Shown: positions 36,301 through 51,400 of the stretch, one piece after another
How the letters are laid out: each line of letters starts with the position of its first letter
Position numbering within the stretch: position 1 is the stretch's first letter
DNA from: Phoronis australis
Taxonomy: Eukaryota; Animalia; Phoronida
Assembly (NCBI GenBank): GCA_002633005.1
Contig: NMRA01000067.1
Location: forward strand, 620,010 to 684,009
Direction: 5' to 3'
Length of the DNA: 64,000 bases
The notes under the pieces: model-generated
Databases searched by the model: none
What the model was told of the DNA's origin: nothing
The model's input: only the letters and a program-made list of their open reading frames with translations
Translations under genes and position numbers: made by a program

Positions 36301-39300
36301 ATGAGGCATTTCTCACCACACATGAACCTGAAAATGCCATACAGTCAAACCACGTGTTTTTATTCAGCGAAAATTTCACACTAAACAGACACAAATTCCC
36401 TGCTTAAAGGATTTCTTTACTTAACTAAAGCATGCTTACTAAAATAAACACGAATGATAATTTAAGTTCTAATACAAAACCTCATATACACTATTATTCA
36501 CCTCTTTAACAGATTATACAGCAGACAAGCAAAATTCTAGTCATTAAATTCCTCAAGCAAAATGAAGACTAAGAAACTTTATTCTACAATTAGCTAGGTC
36601 TGAACTATGGTGATGCCAATCCATTAAGGTTCATGTTATTTATTGCAAGGCACTTAGCAATGAGAAAAATATTACAAATGAACCTTTCATAATTACAAAA
36701 AAGCATCATCATAGTTCTTGGATTAACAGACATGATAAACGGGTTTAATGCATTTGGGTTTGCCGAGATACACAAAAAGCCTGCAATTTTCGATCATATT
36801 ATCAACTGTCAAACTGAAATGTATTTTCAGACTGCGACACATTAAAAAGATGATGAACATCACAATTGTCCTCGTCCCAATCTTCAGAAGCAAGAAACTT
36901 CAATTTCGGCTTGAATCTCAGGGTCTCACATTTTAAAGACTGTCCCAAAATGGGAAATTATACTGTCCTTTGACTTTGAGCAACTTGAGACCAATTTAGT
37001 GACGTTAAGTGGCTTAAATCATAACTCGTTTTTTTGATAGAAAGCATAGGTTCAATTCCACTTTAATATCAGCATTACATAACAAAACATATTCATCATT
37101 CAGTCTTCTTTGTAAACTATTAACAATTGTTTGAAATAGATCAGTGGATAAAAAGAAGCTCACAAAATGAGGAATTTATGAAATACACAACAACAGAAAC
37201 TTCTAGACTAATCCGCATGCTTTCACAGAACCAAGCAGACATTAGCTTTAGAACTATTCCTCATTCCAAGCCAATTTGGTGAAAATCACTACAAACCAAT
37301 GGTTACAATAATTGTACTGCTGCCATTGACAACCACAACAATTAAAGGGTGTCAGCACAAATGACCAGCAGAACTTCATATGACATATAAAAATGAAGCC
37401 CTCCACTCGTGTTTCAAAGGGAAGTCTCAGGAAGTCCAGGTCGGCTCAAAATAGAACTCAACTCAGAGGAGGCCAAAGGCAACGAAACAACGTGGATTGG
37501 CAACAATTATAAATTCTAATACGCCATTAACCGTATTTACAAAAGTTTTGATTTAGAAGCAAGCGTGTTGGAAAGAAGCTGTATTTCATTTCACAGTTTC
37601 ATAAGCGATGTCCAAACACAGACTGACCCAAATTTATGAATAACCCTGGAAAAATTCCTGACTTGACTAACTTCGTAACATCATTATCTGACAAATGGTG
37701 GATTGGATTCCTATGAAATGTTTAGTTGTTATACTTTCTACAGTGTTCTCCAATACACTGTTAGAAATTCTTTTTTTAAGTACTCCACTTTCGAATGAGG
37801 GGCTGACAAAAATAAGACTTTTGTGGCTTTAATAAAGAATCAAAAATTGGGTAAAACGAAACAAATTGATGATTTAGAAAACTGTAACAGTGCTTCTGAG
37901 ATTTCATCTCAAACATTTCTAACATATGAATGTTTTTCACTACATGAGAAACCCAAGAGCAAGTTACTGAAGGATGTGGACAAACTAATGTTAGATAATA
38001 CCCAAGCAATGAACAAAACTTGAGACAATAGAATATATCATGGTTGACTTTGCACAAGTTCTGTCTCTCCACAATAAGGAACCACGCGTGTGTCCGGTAG
38101 ATGCAAAAACCTTTTAAAAAAAATATCATACAATATTTTGCGAAACATTGTCACAAGCAAAGTACGTGGCCACACCAACTTCCTTCGCAAGATTCTTGCG
38201 TCAACGGACTTCAGTCCAGATATTTCTCAACATTTGGACCCTATCTTTACCCTGATCTGAATGAAGCTAAGATTGTGCCCCAAATTTTCTGATGGTCAAA
38301 CCAGTTTAGGTACCATAAGAGCTAATGTAAAATAGTGGCTAAGTGTAACATATTGTAACCACCATCAGTGTTTATAAACATAGGAGTATGAAGGACAACT
38401 ACCAAGGGCTGATGGACAACATGTCTACAGGGCTACAGGAGACAAAATAGCTGTGGCATCCTCAGCTTCCCCCATGGAAGAGTGGAAGCATTTGCCAAGT
38501 GAGGATAGAGACCATGGGTATCTCTAAATAATTTTACAATGTGGGAAAAGTTTGATAAGTCAGAAGAACAGCCCAAGGCTGGCAGAAGGCAAACAGGAAA
38601 GAGCAAACATGTCAATTAGTAGGAGTCAAGAACAATGTTGCAGGAGGACTGCCAGACCATAACAATGTAGACCCATCCAGGCCAGAGAAAGCAAGACATG
38701 AGCTCTTTATTTAGTAGCCAATGAGACTGCTTACAGCTTCAATGACAGACAGTGACAGTGGCACAGTCTCGGCTTACAACCTCAAGACAGCTGGAAGAAT
38801 GTAGTGTCATGACCAGGGGGGGGCATGTTTGTAACCTCTTGGATTGACAGTCATGCAACCAGAAAATAAAATAAATATAACCTAAGCTTTTTAAACAATC
38901 TGTCAGGGCTGTCCAGATCACTTTTTGACAACAAAATCACCATTTTACCACCAGAATAGTTTACTATAACACACTGTTCTAAGGAGCTGACTGCAAAACC
39001 AGATGACATCAGAGGGACAATATGGTATAATCAAACACCTAACCACCAAGCACAAACAAGACCACAACACTTATAATATTGTATGAACTTACAGTAAGAG
39101 AAGAATTCCAATCATATTTGCCAGACATCCAGTTTATGAAACATCCATGGCTGCTCTGCATCACTACAGTATGGCTGAGTGTTGCACACTTGGTCACATA
39201 CACAATAATGTGCTAAATCATCAAGTTCATCCCTTGACCATCTGTCAGCCAATAGTCCAATACACAGCCATAGCTCTGATAGTGGCCAACATGGGCAGGT

Positions 39301-40429
39301 CTATCAGACCACCCCTGAATCAGGTAATTGGGTGATTACCATGAATAGTAAGAACTAGTTGAAAAGAATCATCAGGTAAATGGCTTTAATCTTGGGTTAA
39401 GGGACAATGTTTGAAGAAAAAGTCTACATAATTGCAGGGCTCAGATTTAGAACACCACATGGCAGTACCTAGACACAAACATTCACTTAGTGTGGAATAC
39501 CATGACAGAATTAGGTCAGAGGTGAATGTGCAAGGTTTTTTGTGACCCATGCTCATTTTCTAGACTTGACAAGCAATTTTACATTGAAGGGAAAAATCAA
39601 ATGCAAATAAGTCTTTGCCACACCACAGTTACATCACTATCAAGAGACAAAACATGGCTTTATTAAGGAAAGACTTTATTGACACAATGTACACCACATT
39701 CATTTTCATGTCCTCTGCTGTAAATGTGTTATTGTTTGAATGCTAAAAAAGACACTGCCAGTACTTTGAAAACTTGCTTTATTCAAAACGACTAAACACC
39801 TGCTAAAAAGTAGAAACAGCTTCGGTGTAAAAACACCTCATTCCTTTATTTGCAGTTGGACCTACATATAATTCACTACACAAAATAAATCAAAATACAC
39901 CACCAAAATATACATAACTTATTAATTAAAGCTGCAATTAACTTTTCTATATAAAAATGAAATTCAGTGTTTTTAATTCATTTTTGGTACATTATAATAC
40001 CGTAACTTGAAAACTGTTTACTTCCCAAAAATTATGCCATGTAAAAAGGTCTGCGTTTAGGAAAAGTTGCATTAACCTCAAACTACAAGCTAGGGAACCT
40101 TCCCACGTGTAGTCTTCTTTGTACATTATTCTCATTCCTTCCCACAGACATTTCCCAGGTAAACAGTGAATGATGCCATTCATTCCCTAAGCTACAGGTC
40201 AGGGCCAGCCAGTGGCCATTAGTCAAAAGAACAACATTACTGAGAATGTTCTTCTGTACTGGAGGACTGGAGATCACATGTGTCTGCTCATATGGTCAAC
40301 AGATGGCAGGCCTTGTGACCTCAGCCATGGAAATCGTTCTAAGTGAACTCAATGGGCAAGTCAGAACAAAATAATTACAAAGACTGGCTAGTATTTCCTG
40401 TAGGCGAGGTGACAACATCTTTAAGTGTT

Positions 40430-40640
40430 TTCCAAAGAAGTGCTTTTTTAAAGTACTTGATTCTGTACTTTCTCGTCAGATTTTTATCAGTAGGAAGGTT
40501 TCCGGCAAATGACTTACTATGCCAGATATTTCCTAGCTCTTTGATCTATATGATAAAGGCCTCATCTTCATCTCAAACTTGTGTTCCGAATGTCATAGCG
40601 ATGGTTTTTATTGTAGTATATTTTAGTTGCAAAAATACAT
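40430..40640 (-). mobile_element. Possible highly decayed LINE (CR1/L2-like) ORF2 C-terminal remnant
   Basis: Broken frames give HRYDIR and SFAG-NLP...FKKAL, reminiscent of H.Y.TR...G..LWN.LP...FK..L tails. Stops and frameshifts are present; weak. Confidence 0.22.
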
Positions 40641-43600
40641 TTTAGCTTCACTTGAGAATGAAACAAGTATGTTTCGAAATATCGTGTGTCTTTTAATTAT
40701 GTCGCTAGGTCAGTTACTGCATCTATGTTCAGTAGAGAGTAGAGTTTTGTTCAGAAAGTATGAACGCAACGGAATAAAGACCGTGAACAATGAAAAGTGT
40801 CGTGCATTCAACAAATTCTGTATAACAGAAAACTTGCTCCCGAAGTACAGTCAAAAATACAAGCATGAATAATTTGATAAGGGGGCAGATTCATCAAACT
40901 CCACTGGTGTTTGGCACATTATTCAACACTATAAGCAATAGTAATTAAAGGGACAGAGGAAACCAGACAAGGTTCCACTATAAACATCCACAGTCCATTC
41001 TCATTAAATCAAAGACCACTTTGGAAATCAGAACACCAACAGAATTAATGCCAACAGGTATTTCCTACACAACTATTGCGTAACAAGTCTGAGAAGGCAG
41101 GAGTCACTACAGTATAAAAGCCAACTTAATATTCTCTTCAAAAGGACCACCAGTGCAACTAATTTACACATTTATGTTAGCATGATAAGTGTCTGGTGGA
41201 AAACAGGCATGAACCATGCTGCAAAGAACTGAGGAACCAACAGTTTTGTGAAACAGGGACACCTAGATTATTATGGTGTGACTGTCAATTTATACTGACA
41301 GCAGATCAAAAGAATTTTGTAAACTTGATTGTCTGACCAGTGGGACAGTCAAGGGTTTAGAAATCATACTACAAAGAGATCCGAATGGAGGTGAAAAAGG
41401 TCAGAGTTGAGCAGTGTAACCTGTGTTCTCTGTAGGAACAGCTGACTTATGGGTAAATAAAAAACATGGCAAAATTGCCCTTGTCTAATGTTCAAGGTCT
41501 TCCAGTGAATGCCTACAAATTTTAATGATGCTAGTACAGAACTTGAACTTGAAAAGGCATTGACTGATGTTACATTTTTGTTATGCACGTTTACAAATGC
41601 GTCCTATATTGTTAAGATTTTATCACTGAACACAAGCATTTTCAAATAAAACCATGACATTTAACACTTGTGTTACCTTCAGACAAAAGTACAAGATTTT
41701 TTTAAACTTAGCACACTCATGATACACTCTATGACAACCGTCCATACAAGTAATTTGGCAGTGGAATGCAGGGTCCCCCTACATGACCCCGGATACTCAG
41801 GGAAACAAAGCAGAAATATTGTGAGCTTCACAAGTATGCCAGGGTGACACCTCATGAAGACTTTGGTAATCTCACAAAACTCGGAGGACACTAGTCTTAA
41901 ATAATGAATTTCTCACTGTCCCAAACTGGAGAATTTTTACTGTAGATAACTACAAGTTCAAAGTGAAAAAAGATCGTAAATTAGCTGTCTGCCACTTAGG
42001 AGGTCAAACTCAATAATCACAATTGACTAACCCATTAGACACCACTTGAGTTAGAGGGTTATAAATCTGTCAAAGACTGTGGTTAAAACATTGGCAAGTT
42101 TACTCACCTTAGTATGATAAAATCCTGTTAAAGTCTCCTTATGGTGACCACAATACTCCCCAGTTGTACAGGACTACTTCCAACTACTATGTGCCAGCAC
42201 CTCACTGCAACACACGGCCAATGAACGTCAGTTCTCCACTCCAGCTCAGCTGTTACCAACACTGCGTCCTCTCAATGACTCAAGTGTGTGCTGTGTGTAT
42301 GTTCCCTGCAATGAAACATGTGTAAAATGAAAGAACCGTTTGTTACAAGATGGCCTAAGGCAAACGCCTGCTTCTTAAGAGCTGGGAAATTGAAATGATT
42401 TGCCACAGCAAGAACTCTTTTGTATGTCACCAAGGTACATCTCTACATGAAGGCGAATTCCTCAGAGAGAACACAGGCCCAGGGGTAGCAGACAGCCAAC
42501 AGGTTTAAATAAATACAGGCCAAGCCTCCCAAGCCAGTTGATCTATCACAGATAATTCAACAATAGATAAAAAGTGTGAGTAAACACACATTCTTTAGAT
42601 TTCATCTCTTGTAAAACTGTTTCACGTTAGTCAGATTGTCAGGTAATTTGTCTCCACTCTATAATCCTAACAAGACTAAACACAAGGTTTAATAAACACA
42701 GAACCTGATAGGATATTGTTCCTTCGAGACATGTTTCCATTCATAAAACCCTGTAAAAAGTGTCCTGAAGAAAAACAGACACAATGAGTCTAGGCTTACA
42801 AATGAACGGAGTCAAATTATTAGCACCCAGCTAAATAAAAGCCAACAATAGAAACGACCAGAAATCCAAACTACTGACACACCACCAGGACCCTATCTCT
42901 GAATAATGCCGTGAAATCCAATGGTGCGTGATAGTTTCTTTTGCAATCCCAAAACTGGACACAATGGGAGACAGATTAGGAAAAGCCGCTTCATAAACAG
43001 GCGAACAAGAGACAAAAACAAGGGGTTTACAGAGCTCCAGCGGTAGACAAACATTAGGGTAGAGTAAAGAAAACACCACATCAGTGGTGGGGCTCATCCT
43101 GCTACTAATCATCAGATGGCCGGGACCGTTTGAACTGCACCTCACTCAAGCTGAGAGACTATTACCAAAGACCAACCCACCATGTTTAACTGTAATGATT
43201 TAACAAGAACATAGACTGGCTTGTTTCTTCACCACTGCAGTTTGAAGGGCAGTCAGTAGACTGGATGAGCAGAACAACTGAAGCATAATGCCGTATTATT
43301 ACGACATAATTGGACCAGACAATGTAGCAGAGAGACAAACCAATTGGCGTGCTATGTAATAAAAATACAGCAACTAACAAGTCTAGTGCTTGCCAGGAAA
43401 CATTCCCACACTTAAAAAATCTCCACCAAGACTTACCAGTATTAAGAAAAACAAGATAGCGATCAGACTAAATTGTTTGAAGCTGTAAGTTATTATTCCA
43501 ACGGAAAAGACGGAGAAGAGAAAAACGTTTAACACCAACCCTTTTCAAAAATTTCAAGACGAATTTAGTTATGGTAACTGGAGAAATAAATTTAATTTTT

Positions 43601-44304
43601 AACACTTTCTCTTCAAGTGCTTCTGATATTTTGAAATTTGCCACTGTGCATAGCATGAAAACCAATAAGACGTGAAAATCACAGAGACTCGTCAAAACAG
43701 ATTGCAATGAGCTGAAAAACTTCAAACAGCAAAATAAGAAATTTAGATATCAACTGTCATGTAAATTAAGTGAGACTGACAAGCGTATAGCATCTGCGTG
43801 GCACTTTTTGTCTATCAACATACAAGACAAGACGGGTCATCAGAGCAAGACATTAGTTTTGCGGTTAATCAAAGAACAACTGCGACTGTCGACAAATTAA
43901 CATCTTGTCTATTTTAACATTTCACCACATTATTGTGCAATGATTCACGCCCCCTTCTACTTCCCCATACACTTCTACAGTCCCCGGCTTCAAGTACCTA
44001 CAATATTCCCCAGTACCACTTAGCCACAAACAGCCTTTCACCAAACCTGGCCCCTCCCTTGTACTAACCAGATGCTTAACTCCAAAGGAGTTTTCAATAA
44101 ACAAAAAAGCCAACAGCCATTACCAAGTGTGCTTGCCTATTCCACACGATTACCACCAAGAATGCAGTGGGTTGCAATGTGCTATGGCAACCAAGACATT
44201 GAGACAGGCATGTCACAGTAACAGTGGTTTAGCGGGTGAAAACGATTGCAAAAAATATCTAGACAAGAATAAATAATTTGTGAAACACGGCAACACATTG
44301 ATTA

Positions 44305-44424
44305 ATCACAATTACGGGTGTGGAGTTTAAGCAGATACCCATGTCTTATTGACATAAATGAAACATCACAACTACGGGTGTGGAGTTTAAGCAGATACCC
44401 ATGTCTTATTGACATAAATGAAAC
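44305..44424. repeat. 60-bp near-perfect tandem duplication
   Basis: Two copies differing at one base (attacggg/actacggg). Confidence 0.93.
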
Positions 44425-45750
44425 GAAGGAAATTTCAAACTTAAAACTGACTACGACCAGACTTAAAAATTTCATCAACACAGACAAGCTACCTTCATTT
44501 CAAAACCATCCCTTCCTCTGTAACTATTGAAGCTCATATGATGGCAAGAAGGTCAGTGCTTCTCATTAGAATGTGTTGGTCAAATCACACACACATTGTC
44601 CACCAAGCTGACCTCATTACCCCCAAGTTAAGTGCTTCTGGACACAGGCACTGGTCAGTGGTTGGTCAATATTATGTTGATTTCTAATTACTATCTCCCG
44701 CCCCTATTCATTAACACCGATTAGTTCAATAGAGCCTGATTGATCCTAAATAGTTACCCACCAACTTAAATAGCGAATGTGTTGATGTAATTTCATAAAG
44801 ACATTAAAATAATTTGACCAGGTAATCACTCGTATTGGTGAGGGTGATTACCAGATACCTATTAACAAATGCATGTATTGGGTTTGGCAAATCATACCGC
44901 TGGAATACCGTAACTTTGTAACCATAATTGGCAGGTAAAGAGCAAGTATCGATTGACAGCCCGGGTGAAAACATGAAACTTGCAAAACAGTATCAGTCAG
45001 ACAAAAAAGCTGTTGCAACTGCAAACCCCTGTCTACAGACAATCTCAAGAGTCTTGACAAATTTTTCTGGACTGAGAGACAACCCCTTCCCTCTCTTCTA
45101 TCCTTGCACGTAGTATGCTATAATCTCATCAGTTAAGGCACAAGATGGCCGTGAAATTTCACTTTTAGCATTTTTTCATAAAAGATAAGAAGCGTCAGAA
45201 AAATGCTTCATCATATCAAATTTTATACCATAGTTTCAGACAATGTTTAAGAGCACTTGTGATCATTCACAGCCATGTTAGAAGTCTTTGAAAGTGAAGA
45301 AAGTCAATTTTGACATCAATTTTGGTCTGCAATTAGTGAGACTTTTACCATACCCTCAGTTAATCGTTGGCTGAAGGACTGACTTGTGCCTTTCACCTGA
45401 AAACTTGCAACAAATAAAATGCAACAAATTGAAAATGCATTTGTTTTTCTAGTAGTGAGCAGCAGACATGTGAAATGTCTTCTGAAAATGCATACAATTG
45501 TCAAGAGGAAAGCTGTGCCTGGGTATTAACCATAATACCATCTGAGACTGTCATGTCTGTGGCAGGAAACTAATTGCAGACAAGTCAATGAAGTCAACTC
45601 AAGATGTCTCTCCATGTCAATGTCAACAACCACTTGAATCCTCTGCCTTCCATGACCAGTTATCTAATTCATCCAATGACACAAAGTTTCAGCTAATCAC
45701 TCACAGCAGTCATTTACTGACAACACTGGGCACACCAAGCGGAGTGAAGT

Positions 45751-46476
45751 TATCTATGGAAAGCCAAACCCGTCAAATTCTAGGACATAAATTTTCTATA
45801 GAAGAATTAAAACCAGGCCAAAACATTAATTTTACTCTGCATGATCAACAGAAAAAGAACTTAAAAAACAGAATTTTCACTTACCCCAGAATTAAAAACA
45901 GTTCAAAACATTATTTTCACTCCATGAGACTAAAAAAGAACAACTCAAGAACAAATTTAAATTTATTAGGTCAAGACCCAAAATTTGCAACGTCAGGACT
46001 TATAACTGATCACCTCAGGACTGATGTTTTATGATGTCAGGACCGAAAATTTAACACGTCACCACCAAAACATGCCAAGAAAATTTCACACCCAGAGACC
46101 ACTTGAGCATCCACAAGCACATGACCCCTCAAAAAGATAACGTCGGTACTTCATACACAAGGGCTAAGTGTTCTACAACGTCTCTTCGACGTGTCACACT
46201 ACAGTTACGATGAGGTTGAATTTCTGCTGCATCTTCCATGTTCTACAATAGAAACCAATGTACACTTGGACACACTAGTCTCAACTAATCGCGTCTCCGG
46301 CTCTCGGTTCTGGCGTGATTACTTTTTGTTAAGTTTTGATCCTGACATGGTATATAGGTCCTGGTATGATCAATTCTGGTTCCGAGAACTTTTTTTGGTT
46401 TGGTCCTGTAGAGATTTTAATTTTTGAATAGAAAATTTGTGTCCTGATTTTTTTCCGCTTTGGCTTTCCATAGCTA
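45751..46476. mobile_element. ~720-bp foldback/MITE-like element with long degenerate inverted arms and TA flanks
   Basis: ctatggaaagccaaa (45754) pairs with tttggctttccatag (ending 46473); further paired blocks aggaca.aaattttctat and atgtcagga..aaaa.ttaac. Confidence 0.65.
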
Positions 46477-48330
46477 TCTGTGGTCATAAAACTATTTACA
46501 ATGTCCATGAACATATTGTTAAGTAAACCCTGAATGTGAGTGGTCATACAATATTGAATAAAGCTGAATAATACAAACCTGTCAGTCTGGAAAATACAAG
46601 TTCATCAATAAAAAAAAATTCTCAACACTTGAAAATAACATTTCCAGTATTAGGAGGCAGATGATTGTGAAACAACAGAATAATTCTAAATGGGTTTAAA
46701 GGATGTCCATTCTTTAGCAATGTTGTGAAATTTCCCACTACAGTGTAAAAATATGTTTGGTCACACACGTTTAAGAGAAAGTCTAGGCACCTATCAACAA
46801 TGGTTGTTTATCTTCTAGCATTCACTATTTTGTCAAGTACCTGAGAGACATGACTCTGACTGGACAAAGTTGAACATTATACTGCTGTACAAACAATAGT
46901 GAGAACATCACTCAATAGTCAAAGAACATGAAACAGCAGGGTATGGTCCAAACTGGGTTGTCTCTTTCGCATTGTGCAATGGACAACTGTCCAGCAACCC
47001 ATATGTTTGGCCACTGTCAGACCCCTGGTGAAGATCCCGGGGATGCTGAGCAAGTTTCATAGGCCAGTTAACTCCCAAGAAGATGGGTATTGTGGACCTA
47101 AGGCACACCATCACTGTTGTCACAGTGAAGTAGAACCAAGGCTAACAAAGGCTAACAATAGGTACACACCTCAGACATTTACCCTGTAAAAACACTGCCA
47201 GTATCAGATCAATGGATAATTGATGTAATACAAAATACCTTATTGACTAGCTTGTTGACATTACATAATGACAGTTAACTGTGAGATGAGTGGCAGTTAT
47301 TGTCTGTGCAGGGTAATTATTGGTGGAAAAATACCAACAGCAGGTTTATGTCAACTGAGACCAGTTCACAGACAGGATACCTACAGGCTACGCACCAATC
47401 AGAACCCAGCATGGGTTTCAGAACATGGTCACTTACTTCCAAGAATTGTGTCTGTCACTAGCACATCAGATTACACAGAACAATGCCAAGAGATAACAGC
47501 AGTGTCCCCATGCATTACAGCAGAGTGCTGAACAATTACAAAAAAACGCCCACCCAACCGCTGCCAACAGGAGAGCACTAAGATTGAAGACATCACTTCA
47601 GTAAGACACCTCACAGGCAGCTAAAGTGCCACGGAGAATTGAACCTTGAACCTGTTGACGTGATTTTTACAAATGAAAGACGGATGAAAGACGACTAAAA
47701 GTCAATATTATTCAATTCTTTCTGCATTGCTATGGTAACGTGAAAACCTACAGCGACAATAACTATGTTAAATCAGTTCTACAATCCCTAGTATCCAACA
47801 GAAACCATTGAATTATTAATTCAGTACATGTCCGCGAACATGTATTGTGTGTAACACAATCAACTGGTCAGTTAAACAGAGGTATCAGGGGATACTTCAT
47901 CAATCCCTTAACACTTCCTCACAATTCTTCAACAGAGACACACAGGAGCCATAGTCGGAACTAGAAACCCTGAATAATAAATAGGAGAATTAAATAACAT
48001 TCAGGGAGAGGCTTTCAGGGCCTGGAATCATTTCCTTGTGTCAGGCTAGCATGCAGTAATCAATAGTACAATGCAAACAACTAACAAGTAGTTATGTAAT
48101 TGTAATGTATTGAGATTCTTGATGGCTATGGGTTAATGTCCACCAAAAAGGAGACTAACAGTTTGCAAAGAACAGGCAGTAGTTTAATGTTTTTTAATTT
48201 ATGAAAATGAGCAGTTGTTTAATTTAATAGCTGTCCTAATTAACTGTAGACAAAAAGCCAAAACATGCCTTAGTCACAGGATCACAGATTAATGACCATT
48301 CTATCATCATAACCGCTTCAGTCACCATCG

Positions 48331-48426
48331 ATTATCCAGACATACATCAATTATCTGGAGATCCATCAATTACCTGGAAATACGTCAAGTGAAATATTTA
48401 CCTGGACACAGACAAACTACCTGGCC
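48331..48426. repeat. Degenerate ~19-bp tandem repeat (attacctggaaatacatca-like)
   Basis: Three clear units plus decayed tacctgg copies. Confidence 0.6.
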
Positions 48427-51400
48427 AATCTATCAGTCTTCACTTTGCAGTCTGCAGCGAGAGACTGCGGAACGGTTCACCGTCAAACCCCTAACGCACT
48501 TCAACTGAACTCAACAACTTTAGTTATTCTCAGCCCATTCACACCAACAACGCACCTGTATAAATTATGATCAAATAGAATAACACTCCACCACACACAC
48601 TGCCTATCATAGCCAACACTAATTTGTTTATATTTTCCTGCCAAGTGTCAGGCCAACATAAAGCTGATGATTTGAGTACACAAATTCGAGAATCTCTAAA
48701 ACCGAACACCTTTCATAGAATAAGGCCAAGTGTCATTCAACCTGACTTGGTTGTTCAATTAAGCCAATGTAGGCCTAGTCACAGTTCTTGAGAAACTTGA
48801 GAAACAATGGCCTTAGAAAAAACAAACTGTTACATTTATAGCAGCTGAAATAATTTACTACACAGATATTACCCAATGGGGAGACAAATGTAAATTTGGT
48901 TTTTAAAAAATTGTCAATCAAAAGCATTTCAGCGACTTGAGAAGAATGCAGTGGCCTACACCAATATCACATATATATTGACATCCTTATTCAAATAAGC
49001 TTTTCAAAGGTACAGCCTCTTTTACATGTTGAATTCTGTAGTGTGTTAAGCCTCACTAAAACCAAATTGTCTTATAGGTGAGTGCTGAATCGCTGTGACA
49101 AGACCAGGAAAATCAATCGAATCTCAGCTGGATAAATTTACGAGCAAGAGAAGACACAGAAATGAGGCCCACTTACAAAAAGCTTAAATAATCACTTGGC
49201 ACTGCTCTTGCTGTCCAGTATTACTAATGTCAGTTTTTTCACTGGTATTGGGCTTACGAAGTAAATGAACAAACAGCTGGATATGAGGACTACAAACATT
49301 ACCAGGCAAAACAAATTTAAAGAAGCTGCACTGCCCTTTAAAAACAGCCTGTGCAGAAACGTGCAGTTCTGAAGTCCGCCACAAGATGTCATGCATGAAT
49401 ACTTGGACAGAGTTGGTGGTAGGTGGAAAAGCCTCTTGCTGTCAGACTATCACATGCCAGTGTTGCCTGAGGACACTCATGAATGTGATATTTAGAAAGC
49501 TTATCAACACTTAGCAAATTGTTAATAAAACTTGCAGGCATGATAAGATTAATAATTGAACTTGTTAGTAGACACCTGAGGAGTTGATTTATCTACTGGG
49601 TTAGAAAGGAAGATAGCCCAGAATGTATCTGCAGGGTAAAATGACCAGTGGTCAGTAAATCATATTTGGCCTAAAGTAGCAAGATCTTGCGGCTTTTTGT
49701 TGGACTGACTGGCCTTCAGCCCTTCGAGATAGAAAGATTTTGACCCCATGATAGTCATTGTTAGTTTAGAGTGGTCTTTTAATACAGCACACTAGCTGTT
49801 TAAGAAAAGGTGATATACTGACCTTTCATTCAAGGGAAAAACATTTTCCTTAAAAAGCATAAAAGCATCTTCAAAATGATTTTAGTCAGCATCAACATCA
49901 CATCATTTTAAATTTCCAAATATTCACTCATTAACTTTCAAAATCATTGGGAAACCAAAATTTTATTTAAATCTTTGAGAAAAAGTCCCCTAACAGCTGG
50001 TCAAGTTGATCAACCAATGAATCGCAGGTTTCTCATTGTTGGTTCCCCCATTTCATGAACACTAAAAACCATTAATCATGCATTCAACGCATAGGCAACT
50101 TAAAACTGACCAAACAAAAATGGACCCAAACAGATCTAGCAAACACGGGGGATATAGAAGCATCACAGGGAACTGGTTCAAACTGATAGTCACAAACGAC
50201 GGCCTTTTCTTATGTAGTGTCCACACCATAGAGGTTATAATTTTTAAACTTGGTTTAAAATTGGTTTAAAAGGTTTTAACTGTAGTGCAGTCATAAATCT
50301 ACCATAGTGGTTTATTGAGCAGTTGAGGGTGATTTCAGTTTGGAGTGAAGGCTCCATACAGAGTGAATGGCCAGTACAGTTCAATCCCAAATTTTATCAC
50401 CTATTATGTGGGGACAGACTAGTATTAACTAAAACTAGTGGAGTTGCATGGCTCAGCATGAATGGTAGTGATTACACAAAGATTATTGCAGTGAAAAATG
50501 TTACTGTAATCCACCCTCAAGTTGGTGTGAGCACAACTTGGGTCCCTGGGTTGAATATTAGACAAAGGAAATTGACAGGTACACCAAACATTGATGATGA
50601 CATCTGGGAGTCCTTTAGAACATGAGTACTAAAAGCACACCGGTTGAACTAGACCGTTCAATAATGCCAGTTTTGAAACTTAGGCAAGATCCCGCCAACG
50701 ATGCTGAAAGAGTTTGTATTTCTGGTTGTCACTCCAAAGCCAGCTGCTCCAAAGATTTTATTTTGAAGCATCTGTCCCACCTTTTTGGTGATCAAATGAC
50801 ATGAAATGTTGCCATCAAGTACAAATATGAGAGAAATAATGGCCCAAAGTAACGGCACTTCGGAGTGAAGACCTTTCAGAGTAAAGGCCCTTCGGAGAAA
50901 ATGCCTAGACCCCTTCACTCACCAATTTAACTTCTATTTAGTTTTGTTTCCACATGCTGTAATTTCTTGTTGCATCTCATAAATGACAATTGCCCTATTG
51001 AATAGTTCAGCTCTCTGAGTCGAAGGTTAAACACTAGTCAGAAAATGGATGCATGAGCCTAGTTAGTAATTAAAGGCGGATACTGAGACAGAAAATGTTA
51101 ACCTGGTGCAGTTCCATTAAACATTAAAACCCAGCATGCATAAACCTATAAATGTACAAACCAGAGTATACAAGTAGTCATCAGCCACAAAGGTGGGCCT
51201 CCTTGCATTAAGCACAAAGCAGTGTGACTGAGATCTCACCATGCTTCATCAGACACCAGTTGTCAGCAATACATTTCAATTAAAGAAGTGGACAGACCGG
51301 CACCACACAAATCACAACACACATACAATCAACTAGAACAAGTCAATCATGTCACTAGAATCTGGGTTAATCCAACTTTTTAATCACCAATGGAAAAAAC

